From the NCBI GenBank assembly GCA_051294375.1, contig JBJCIZ010000161.1:1-9383 (forward strand): 9,383 bases of DNA, given 5' to 3'. The stretch is from Paraspadella gotoi (Eukaryota; Animalia; Chaetognatha). The notes below the pieces were generated by a model. That model was given only the letters and a program-made list of their open reading frames with translations. It searched no databases and had not been told where the DNA came from. Below are positions 1 through 8,699 of this stretch, piece by piece. Position numbers and translations under genes: made by a program. How positions within the stretch are numbered: the stretch's first letter is position 1; each line of letters starts with the position of its first letter.

Positions 1-540
1 GGAAGACAATGAGAAAAAGAGAAAGGGAAAGGAATGAATGGAAAAGCCTGAATAAGTAGTTAAATTAAATGACGATATCCAAATTTTACAAGATGATGCC
101 TCCATTACCTAACACACGCCGGTTTACCAAAGATCCTTCTGCCTTGGACAAGGTTACACATTGGTAATGATATGAATAACAAGAGAGGGCAAAGGGCAAT
201 GACTTGGTTCATTTGGCCTGATAGCTTCTACTTTAAATCATGAGCTCCCTCATTTATCATATTACAAAGCCACGAATTTAACCCAAGCTATTAGCACTTA
301 AGACTTTTCCGGTTCCTCAGCATTATTTAAACCCAACCATTGAGATCACCACTTGCCCGCCAACAGCATTCTGGCAATTCTGGATCCATCCACTCCTCAG
401 GTCCATCCCAACAAATCGAAAGCAATCAATTTAAGCCAGATATTCCACCTTCATGTTCTCAGCTCCTACTCAAGCCCTTGATCCAGCATCTATTCTGGCG
501 ATCTTCGGCTAAAGCTGGAGCGATCACTGGCCCTAGGAAT

Positions 541-1050
541 AGATAAGAGGTGGAACGGGTGACAGCTATAGTAGCGTCATTCCTATCTCGGTTATATATT
601 GATGTAGACGAACTTCCGGTAGATGATCGTGAAAAATATCTTGAGTTGTTGAAATGGCACACTGGTACGGCTCATATTCCATTAAGCAATTGAAAATGAA
701 CTGCGAGTGGCACTAAAGCTTTATCTTATGCTAAACAAAAGTTAGTTCAATCACTGGGTTATTAGGCAACATACTGCGTGACGCTGAAAGATTACGTGAC
801 ATTTTATAAAACAGACTCTACTTTAAGTAAAGGGCGATCTTGTGTCTTAGAACCATATGGAGCCTTGATGAGGCTAAAAACACTGCTCTCATGTCTGGGG
901 ATGATGAAGGTTTTCTAACATCGATCTTGTAAACAAATTTGATTGATAAGCGCATTCCATTTCTACGTGATAAATGGCACAATACTTCCATCACAAGTTG
1001 ACCGTTTATTCAAAAGCAAATAGGAACAATTTGATCATTTCTTATACTCT
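541..1050 (+). pseudogene. BEL/Pao gag capsid-like region (DUF1759-like), frameshifted
   Basis: 580-675 reads FLSRLYIDVDELPVDDREKYLELLKWHTGTAH, followed by KALSYAKQKLVQSLG (~715-760) and LIDKRIPFLRDKW (~940-978). These resemble the EKLxxLxxxxxGxA, AxxxLxxxFG and KLPxxLRxKW blocks of BEL gag. Boundaries are approximate. Confidence 0.6.
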
Positions 1051-1264
1051 GGGATGATTTCAAGCAAACAGCTGGAGTCTCCCATATGCTCGTCCAAGTT
1101 TGCCTCCAAAAAGATGAGTTAAAGTGCCAGCTGCTAACACTTCCATGACTTCAAATACTCTAGCAGCTTCCAATCAAAAGGTAACAACAAGGATTCTCGG
1201 CTCAGCTACATGAAAGGCAATCAGTGTTAACAAAGATCTTAATGATCAAGTAAAAAGTTTAACA

Positions 1265-1477
1265 TGCCCTTTGGCACTAGTAAACATTATTTTGTCCCTG
1301 GTTGTCCTAATTTTATTAAATGGGACCAAGGTGCAAAGATATTTGAGTATGCTAAAAGTTAATCGTTTATGCTTCGACGGATGTCGTTGAACTAAACATT
1401 AAAATCTCTGACTGCAAGCATCACAAAGTTATTCTGTAAGACATGTAACTCTAAAAGCCCATTACTGCTCCTTCCAC
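1265..1477 (+). pseudogene. Three gag Cys/His zinc knuckles typical of BEL/Pao, frameshifted
   Basis: CP..(fs)..SKHYFVPGCPNF (1265-1314); LCFDGCR*TKH..(fs)ISDC (1367-1414); CKTCNSK..H...H (1434-1477). Confidence 0.75.
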
Positions 1478-1664
1478 ATCAGGCAAACAAAGATTACTCA
1501 AGCAGCTGATGATTTCTATAACAAAGGTGAAAACAAACAGTTGCCATCCACAAGTACAGATTCAACATCTGCCAGATTCTTGCTACAAATGATGGAGTGT
1601 TGGAACTTTATAGACCTCTTGATAGGCCATATTGTGAACACAAAGACAAACTGGAAACTGTTAT

Positions 1665-2100
1665 GCATTGTTGGGATACAGGCCAGTACAGAACAATGTT
1701 GTTCCACTGAAACTATCAGGAAAGATTAAACTTTACCAACAACAAAAGGTTTGGCTGACGGTTGTCAACTTCTTGATGCCTCCAAGACTGAACTACGTTC
1801 CATCAGTTCCTTTGACTTTACAATCCAATAGATAATCATTTTAAGAACAAGCGTTGTATGTTGCTCAATAGCCTTTCAAATAGAAATGTTCTCATTCCCC
1901 ACTTCAGGACAAGTTACAAATTATCCTCGATAAAGATATAACCTTACATGAACAGGGTGTGGTCCTTTCAAGATGATTGTATTGATAGGTATGGACTCCT
2001 TGCCCATTCCCTTGTGCCTGATGCTTCTACCATGCGTAGGAGCGCCCTCGGAATTGCACCCTTGTGCCGTTCAAAACACGATGGGGTGGACAGTTTTGGC
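1665..2100 (+). pseudogene. Retrotransposon aspartic protease (DUF1758-like), frameshifted
   Basis: GCA TTG TTG (G) GAT ACA GGC (C) AGT at 1665-1687 gives ALLDTGS with two 1-nt insertions. Downstream are IVLIGMD and HPCAVQNTMGWTV (ORF 1973..2182), matching the ILIGxD and PxAxxTxLGW motifs of BEL proteases. Confidence 0.8.
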
Positions 2101-2329
2101 GGTTACTCTTTCAGCCTGCTCTCAGTTTGAGTGTGATGCTATTAATTTTGACAATGAGATTTTGTCACAAAAAGTTGGATAAACTTGTTCGCATCACGAT
2201 TTAATGACACGAGATGAAAAAAAGATTGTGAGCCATAAATGATAAAAAAGCTCTTGGAGTTTTTAAAGGACTCTTTAAAATTTTTGTATGGCAATATCAA
2301 GTTGATTAACCTTGGAAGGAGAAGAGTCG

Positions 2330-3050
2330 GGGCAAGCGCTGAGGATCTTGGAACCCAGAGCCAGTTGCAAAAATGGCACTCAAATTGAAAAAAAGGTGAA
2401 ACTGTTCTGAGAAAACAATGAGGAAGTCAAAACAATGTTTTGATCAAGTTGAGACTTGGTAAGGAGGTTATATTCCATTGTTTTAAGAATCCTTTGACAG
2501 ACCAAAGGAAACCATTGCGGTTATGCTATAATCCTGGTCCAAAGAGATGACAAACCTGGCAGGTAAGAATATGCCATGATGCCAAGGCAGGACAGGAGGG
2601 AGTTTCTTTTGAATCTCAAACTGTGTCTGGCCCTGATTTGGCAAACAATTCTTGTTGCTGTTGATGAGATTCCATTGGAACATAAATAAGCAATCAGGCT
2701 GATGTTAAGGAATTTTTTTTACCAAGTCAGGTTGATCCCGAAGATAGAGATGCATCCGTTTTGGTTGGGCCCTGACAGGGAAAATGAAAGAAGGATCCCA
2801 TTCTGTTCCATAACAATGCTTGGTCTTTGTGCCAAAACCAGCACCAACAGCTGCCAACTTTGCTGTCCAAGAACATGCAACACAAAAACAAAGATTAAAT
2901 GATGTCACTACAGTTAACACGATAAAGAGAAGAATGTATGTTGATGAATCATCACTTCCAAACCAAAGTTTCTCAAGGAACAAGCATCATTGACCAATTG
3001 GACTAAGTACTTAGGCAAGGTTGTTTGAGCTGGAAAATTTGGTCAAACAA
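2330..3050 (+). pseudogene. Reverse transcriptase of BEL/Pao element, frameshifted
   Basis: KPG(K)VRICHDA (2552-2583), SGPDL (2626-2640), ADVKE..FYQV..DPEDRDA (2698-2755), AKPAPTAANFAV (~2830-2868), and MYVDE at 2934-2948 at the YVDD catalytic position. Confidence 0.9.
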
Positions 3051-3129
3051 GTAAAGAGTTGTGGCTGGTATGGATCCCTCAATGCTTGCAAAATCCATGC
3101 AAATGTTTTTGGACTCTGAAGAATATCCC

Positions 3130-3890
3130 AACAGGAAAAGGCTCTGGGCATATTTCTTGATTTGTAACAACAGAGTTTGCTGGTTTAAATATAGATTTTA
3201 AGAATGGGGAAAAAGGTCAGAATAAGGAGAAAGCTCTTTCTCTACTGCTTCATCTTTGACCCATTAGGCTTGCTGCACCCTTTATTTCAATGCTAGACAA
3301 CAATACAAAAGTTTTGTGCAAATTAAACTTGAGTGGATGAAATAATCTCTGGAGGAAAAAACCAGCTGATTGAAAAAATGGCGTGAGAATCATTATTGTC
3401 ATCTTGAAAAGGTCTATGATTCCTCGTTGGCTCTCTTCCAAAGACATGAAAAGAAAATCATCTCCAGAGATTGCACATGTTTAGCGATGCAGTCAATGGA
3501 GGTACGGGGGTTGCGCGTATGAAAGACTGACAGATAATGAAGGAAATATTAAAAGTCTCATTTTTTATGGAAGGCCAAGGGTGATTCCAACTCATCAAAT
3601 TACTAACTGGTGCTTTACATGGGTCTTATCCCAAGGAAAGAGTTAACGCTTGCCCTTTCTTCGGCGGAGAGCTGAATTATTGTCATGTCAAGGATATTTC
3701 TATGATCAAATACTTCTGCGGTCGACTCTACCTGTGTGTCTTGAAACAATAAGAAATGAAAAATGCCCATTACAAACCAATTTGTTGCTAATCGCTTTAA
3801 GTAAAATTCTTCATGCTAAGGACCTAAGAAAGTTAGAACATGGCGCATACGTCCCCAACAAACAACTCACTGACCTCTGTTCACGAGGCA
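3130..3890 (+). pseudogene. Pao-type RNase H / peptidase A17 region, frameshifted
   Basis: KALGI (~3138-3152), IFDPLG (3252-3269), LHMFSDA (3471-3491), IPRKEL (3628-3645), VDSTCV (~3722-3739), FVANR (3781-3795), DLCSRG (3872-3889). Confidence 0.9.
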
Positions 3891-4392
3891 TGTGCTGTGA
3901 TCAGGAGCCTGGATTTTACCACAACTGGTACCTAACTATGTATGTAATAAGAATGAAATGGCCATTGAGGATTGCCTCTGCAGCTCAGTCCTACCGACCG
4001 GATTCACCTGACTGTCTTGCAGCTCCAATAGGTCTTTAAAAAGTATCAAAGAACTTAGTATATTCTTGAATGATTCTGACAGCCAACATTTCTACTTGGG
4101 ATAAAATATAAAGAAAGGCTTGCCATATTCAGGCGCTTTGCATTTATCCAAACTAAAAGGAAAAATTATTTTTCACTTTCTGAATACCAAAATCAGGAGC
4201 TTCAACGTTATAAACTTCTTCAGAAAAAGCATTTCCACCGCGGAGTAATGAGTTTCTTTCTAAGAATTCTAAGTTATTGTAAGGTTCCATCAGAAGACGC
4301 AATGCAATAAGCATCACTGGAATGAAATGTCTTGGAACAAAACAGAAAAGGAATTATGGGTTTGTTCTCCATTACAAGCACTTTGATCCTTT

Positions 4393-5250
4393 TTGGATGT
4401 GGAAAATGGCATTATTCCGAGTAGGTGGTCGTTTGCCACAGAGCCAGATTGACACCCGGATCAAGGCATTCCAGCCATTCTTCCTTCAATGACAAAGTTG
4501 TCCAATTCTTTGATTCCGATACACTCATGATTCTCTGCCCATTGGTGGTACTGAGCAGACTCTTGCTGAGTTAAGACAACGTTTGGATCATAAAAGGACG
4601 GGCAACTGCTTAAAGAAAGTTATCTAGTTGCATTCCATTAAGAATCATCATGGTCGTCCAAATTAGAACAAAAAATGGCTCTTTACCTTCGTTCGCACTC
4701 AAATAGGCTACCCATTTGAAGCCACAGGAGTGATACATTTGGTCCATTTTCATAAGTCTGGGAAGAAGTAACATTAAAACATGGTTTTAATATTTACATG
4801 TTTACGAGTAAGAGCTGTGCATTAGAGGTAATAATGGAATCTCTCTACCTGCAGCATTCATAAATGCTCCGATCCGATTCCGTTGCCCGCCGACCTGCAG
4901 AGACATATCATGTACTCTGACAATGGCACCAACTTTGTGGGGCCAACAAGAACTTCTAAGGCATCAATGAATTGGGAACTCTGATCCACCAGGTCCATGC
5001 TTCCATGAAACCGACTCCAACATTGAATGGCACTTCAATCCTCCCTCATCTCCTCATTGGGTGAGGTGTTGGAAAATGGTTGGTAGAACCGTCAAAAAGC
5101 TCTTCATGTTTATTTCTTTGACAAAAGAGAATAAATCTGATTACCTTCCTCACGCTGGAACAGTGCCGAAGGCATAGTTACCGGCGCCCACTGACACGAG
5201 TTCCAAATGAAGTAATCGATCTTGAGCCTAACGCCGATCAGATTCTCAAT
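4393..5250 (+). pseudogene. Integrase (H2C2 zinc-binding plus DDE core), frameshifted
   Basis: RVGGRL (4418-4435), GGTEQTLAELRQR(F)WI (~4544-4589), PFEATG(V)DTFGPF (~4712-4749), IFTCLRVRAVH (4790-4822), YSDNGTNFVG (4913-4942), IEWHFNPPSSPHW (5022-5060), AEGIV(N)RRPLT (~5165-5196). Confidence 0.92.
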
Positions 5251-5329
5251 CTTGGGTGTGTCACGCGTTGGCGGGCCATCCTCTGATTCATCCACTCCCA
5301 CGACGGCAAGTGACGTTTCGTGATGCCTG

Positions 5330-5620
5330 GAAAAGCAGAGCCGCCAATGGCCGACGAATTTTTTGGCGCCGATGCAGCGCGATACGTATTTCGTGCCGCA
5401 AATCTCGATGACCTGGGGAAAGACCCGCAGGGAAAAATCTCAAAAGGGCGATGGTGCTCATCACCAATTGAACTGGTTCTCAGGGCCGCAATGGTCTATG
5501 CCCGTCGTGACGACGACTTTCCGACAAGTATATTCCAGCCAGCTTGTACGTCGGGTCTTGGTCCGTACGGCGAAATGGGAACTTTTCTCCGCGATCGCTC
5601 TGCCTTGTACTACTTGAGTG
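5330..5620 (+). pseudogene. C-terminal DUF5641-like domain of BEL/Pao pol, frameshifted
   Basis: ADEF..WRR at ~5350-5372, KGD..VLI at ~5445-5462, and QLVRRVLVRTA at 5540-5572, at the expected position after the integrase core. Confidence 0.75.
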
Positions 5621-6145
5621 CTGCTTTTCCTGACGATGGGAGGTAATCTGACCCCTTCTGTCATTGATCATGACACTATCCATCCTTCAATTGAAGTGGA
5701 TGATAGGAACTGAACATTTCTTTTAAAATTTGGTCCTAATTTTGTTACAGATTTTGTCTTCTGATTTAACAGTATTTACCTTACTTGGATGCTATCTTAC
5801 TGTTGATTTAAAATGTTTATGAATTTAGTATCATTTAAAGACGTTATAATAATACTTTTAAGTTGCCCTCTATCTATAAAAAATTAATTTTATATCTGTC
5901 GAATATGATGGATTGTTAAATTTTTATTGTACGAGATAGTCTCTTGGTTGTTTGATGCCCTTTAATGAATCATATTTTTTGTTGCTTACGAAGTATCTGA
6001 TTTGATCAAAGTATTTTAAAAGTCGCTCTCTGATGGTTAGTCCTTATGATGTGCCTTAACCAAAATAAAAAGAGATGTGCTTACTAAAACAGAGAAGGTT
6101 TACCAATATTCGTGACAGTCGCCAAGTGGCGTTTGGGGTGATATT

Positions 6146-6364
6146 TGTAATTTATGGTTAAGCTTAAAGTTGACTATTTTATAGTTCTTTTTTTTTGGTA
6201 CAGAAATAGTTCTCCCTTCGGACTTTGCTTTATGTCTCCCTTCGAAGTGTTATATGTTTCCCTTCTACTTGCTTCACGTCTCAGCTTCATGTTATGTCTA
6301 CTACAATAAATATTACTAAATTTACATTCTTCGATCTCTATAATAAATAGCAAGTCAGAAAACA
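6146..6364 (+). repeat. Candidate 3' LTR of the BEL/Pao element (~219 bp)
   Basis: Begins TGT(AAT) after a weak G-rich PPT-like stretch (GGGGTGATATT, 6135-6145) and ends AAAACA. It contains AATAAA at 6305 and 6342. No second LTR copy is present in the window to confirm it. Confidence 0.5.
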
Positions 6365-6541
6365 CTAGCTCGCTCACGGCCGTTATGGTAAAATCCTCAA
6401 TGTTTATTGCTAACTTTGAAAAATGAAATGTTCCTGTGAAAGTTCTGACTTATCAAATTTTATATGATCATAAGGGTTTATAATCAAATTATCCTTGTCT
6501 TAAATAACAATACCAATATTAGTTGGAATTTTACAAATAAC

Positions 6542-6571
6542 ATATATAATTATATAATATATAATTATATA
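6542..6571. repeat. Perfect 15-bp tandem duplication (ATATATAATTATATA x2) with palindromic core
   Basis: Read directly. It is flanked by the 10-bp inverted repeat ATACCAATAT (6510-6519) / ATATTGGTAT (6569-6578). Confidence 0.8.
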
Positions 6572-6873
6572 TTGGTATATCATTTAATAAATTCAACCAC
6601 AAACATGAATCAAAGTGTTGTATCGGTATTAACTTAGTGGTGAGCTGTTGACTGTTAAAATAAAGAAATTGCTATCAAATGATTGTCGATTCAAAAAAAA
6701 AATTATTTTGGTCAAATTTTGTTTAGGCTATTCCTCTAGGCTGAGAAACGTTTGGTGTATTATTTTCTTAAAAAATGAAATATTTCTTTCACCAGTGACA
6801 TTTCCAAAAAATTATGTGACAGTTTATTGATGAACCAATATTATAAGTCAACAACCTAATCTATACCTAGTAA

Positions 6874-7461
6874 AGTAAGGTGTAGTGAAAGTTGCAGATC
6901 AAAATACGAATAGTTGTTCATGAACAGTCTTGTACAAAAGAACATTGATATATAAATTTTTTTAAAAATTTTGTTAATTTTCGCATACGCCCATATTTAT
7001 ACATAGTACTTACCATAGAAAATGTCAAAATTTAAAAATAGTTTTTTTTTAGTTTTGAAAGCAGATTCTAATTCCTCATAAAAAGTTGATAAAAGAAAAG
7101 TCTTAATCAAAAATGTTTTCATTAAGTTAGCTAAAATTCAAAAAACTATATTTTTTATACTAAAATAAAATTATAGGTTAATAATAATAGTTTTTAACAT
7201 TTTGACCCACTTAATAAAATATTTTTTTAAATTTTAAAAATTCCTTTTATCAACTTTTTGTGAGGAATTCGAATCTACTTTCAAAAATAAGAAATTTTAA
7301 CATTTTTTATGGTGAGTACTATGTATATTGTATAAATATGGGCTTATGCAAAAATTGAAAAATAAAAATTTAATTTTTATATTTAAAAATGTTCACCTGT
7401 TCGTGATCTACTATTCAAATTTTGATTCTACTTAATTTTAATATTTTTGCTACGCTTTACT
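6874..7461. mobile_element. Long palindromic foldback element / MITE-like non-autonomous DNA transposon
   Basis: The left and right halves are imperfect reverse complements about a centre near 7168. Example: TTTTGAAAGCAGATTCTAATTCCTCATAAAAAGTTGATAAAAG (7053-7095) vs reverse complement of 7244-7286, TTTTGAAAGTAGATTCGAATTCCTCACAAAAAGTTGATAAAAG. GCATACGCCCATATTTATAC..ATAGTACTTACCATA (~6983-7017) matches ~7307-7349, and ATCAAAATACGAATAGT (6898-6914) matches ~7410-7426. Outer ends are approximate. Confidence 0.85.
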
Positions 7462-8280
7462 CGTCAGCTTTTGGTGATAAATCCTTCTCTGGCTCAGATT
7501 TGGCCATGAGGAAAGTGCTGCAAACGTTTTCCAATCAGTACAAGTTTCAGAACTTTGGATCTGAATTTAGTCTGCCACTAATAGTAAATGAGATGCCCCG
7601 TCTCACTTTTATGAATAAGCAGGGAACAAATCTAATACCAAGTCCATTTGGCCTGCCAATTCTGGCGCCAATGGTACTACAGATTCTTAGAATAGTAGCG
7701 TGATATAAATCACTACCGCCACACCTGGAAGATTCTCTAAAATCTTAACAACAAATAAGAAAATCAAGTAAGAAATTGCAACATCAATAGAATTGTTAAT
7801 AAGGTAGATGATCATATGCTAAGAAGAGTTTTTGTGAATACCAAGACAAAACTCCACACCCTATAAGTTATTTATAAGTATGATGGAAATCTCTGTAAAC
7901 AGATTTAACACTCCCTGCTTTTTCATTAACAAAGGTTCTGGATGCCATTAGCGCCTTTACCGGGATCAAAAATGACCAAGAACGCCTCCTCTGCACACTG
8001 CAAAGAATTAATTGTAATCTCATTAGTCATTCAAGAATCTTTCTCCATTGGTAAAAAACAGCAATAACAACAACAATACTATTTCTGGTTATTCATAGAA
8101 CAAAATATTAAGGACATGATGCAACATAAGTAATTGAAATTGTTTGGCAAAGGGCGTATAACTATTTAAAACCCCCTTTACCATTCTTTCTTTCAATCTC
8201 ACCAACTTTTGCCTGACTTTTGTAAGAGACTGTCCTGTCTCTCTATTCGTCTCTCTCTTGTTATAACTGAAGAGACAGTA

Positions 8281-8433
8281 ATTATTATTATGTGTTAGTG
8301 ACAGAACCGTTTAATATAAGTAGTCCCTGAGCTTCGGATCAGGCTGTAACAACTGCTAGTCGACCACCGGGCTAGAACCCCAGACCTTTGGTTTGGGAGG
8401 CGAATGACTTGCCTCCGGCACCAATGGTCGCTC
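8281..8433 (-). mobile_element. tRNA-derived SINE (tRNA-Gly-like head) with (TAA)n tail
   Basis: Minus strand reads GAGCGACCATTGGTGCCGGAGGCAAGTCATTCGCCTCCCAAACCAAAGGTCTGGGGTTCTAGCCCGGTGGTCG. It has an A-box-like TGGTGCCGGAGG, a B-box-like GGTTCTAGCC, acceptor-like pairing CGACCA/TGGTCG, and TCGCCTCCCA resembling the tRNA-Gly(CCC) anticodon arm. An ~70-nt body follows and ends ATAATAATAAT. Confidence 0.7.
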
Positions 8434-8699
8434 ATGAATGGTTGGTGGATTTTAGTCCACCATATAACCAACCAATGTATAAGTTGATCAATTATAAATA
8501 ACCTATGGTATCTCCTGACTTTAGACATGCTTTACTTTTAGGTCTTTCAATAACATTCAGTTACAGTTCAATCAATGAGACTCATTCATTAGCCCTTCCT
8601 CAGGCAATACAAATTGGCCACCTCACCATTTTTTTGTGCGCTTTGTAGTCGGGCATTGCCTAGGTTCACCCTGCCTATAAGCATAACACCTTCAGTCCT

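Larger units (their letters stand above)
1..6364 (+). mobile_element. BEL/Pao-superfamily LTR retrotransposon, disrupted gag-pol; the 5' LTR is not visible and is presumably upstream of the window
   Basis: Manual translation across frameshifts gives the BEL/Pao domain order gag-PR-RT-RH-IN-DUF5641. Family-typical motifs include three Cys/His knuckles, ALLDTGS, SGPDL, YVD(E), FDPLG, FSDA, IPRxEL, FVANR, RVGGRL, SDNGTNFVG and WHFNPPSSPHW. The 3' boundary depends on the candidate LTR and is less certain. Confidence 0.93.

Noticed and set aside
1505-1516. CTGATGA hammerhead core motif
   Set aside because: It lies inside gag-pol coding sequence, and no flanking helices forming a hammerhead were found.
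5632-5650. GATGGGAGG as polypurine tract marking the 3' LTR start
   Set aside because: It is not followed by TG, and 6146-6364 fits LTR hallmarks better. It cannot be fully excluded without the 5' LTR.
340-5683. Supplied 60-130 aa ORFs as independent small genes
   Set aside because: Plus-strand ORFs are pieces of the broken gag-pol frame or off-frame readings, and minus-strand ORFs are antisense shadows with no recognisable motifs.
7422-7740. 93-aa ORF (7422..7703 +), or a minus-strand exon with an acceptor near 7725-7740
   Set aside because: Composition is more coding-like than the flanks, but the ORF starts at TTG inside the foldback arm. No frame on either strand gave a recognisable protein, and the minus frames contain stops. 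A BLASTX search is needed to exclude a host exon or TE fragment.
7900-8010. Minus-strand splice acceptor (TTCTTTGCAG) and a possible short exon
   Set aside because: Translations are short and unrecognisable, and no consistent gene model with neighbouring segments could be built.
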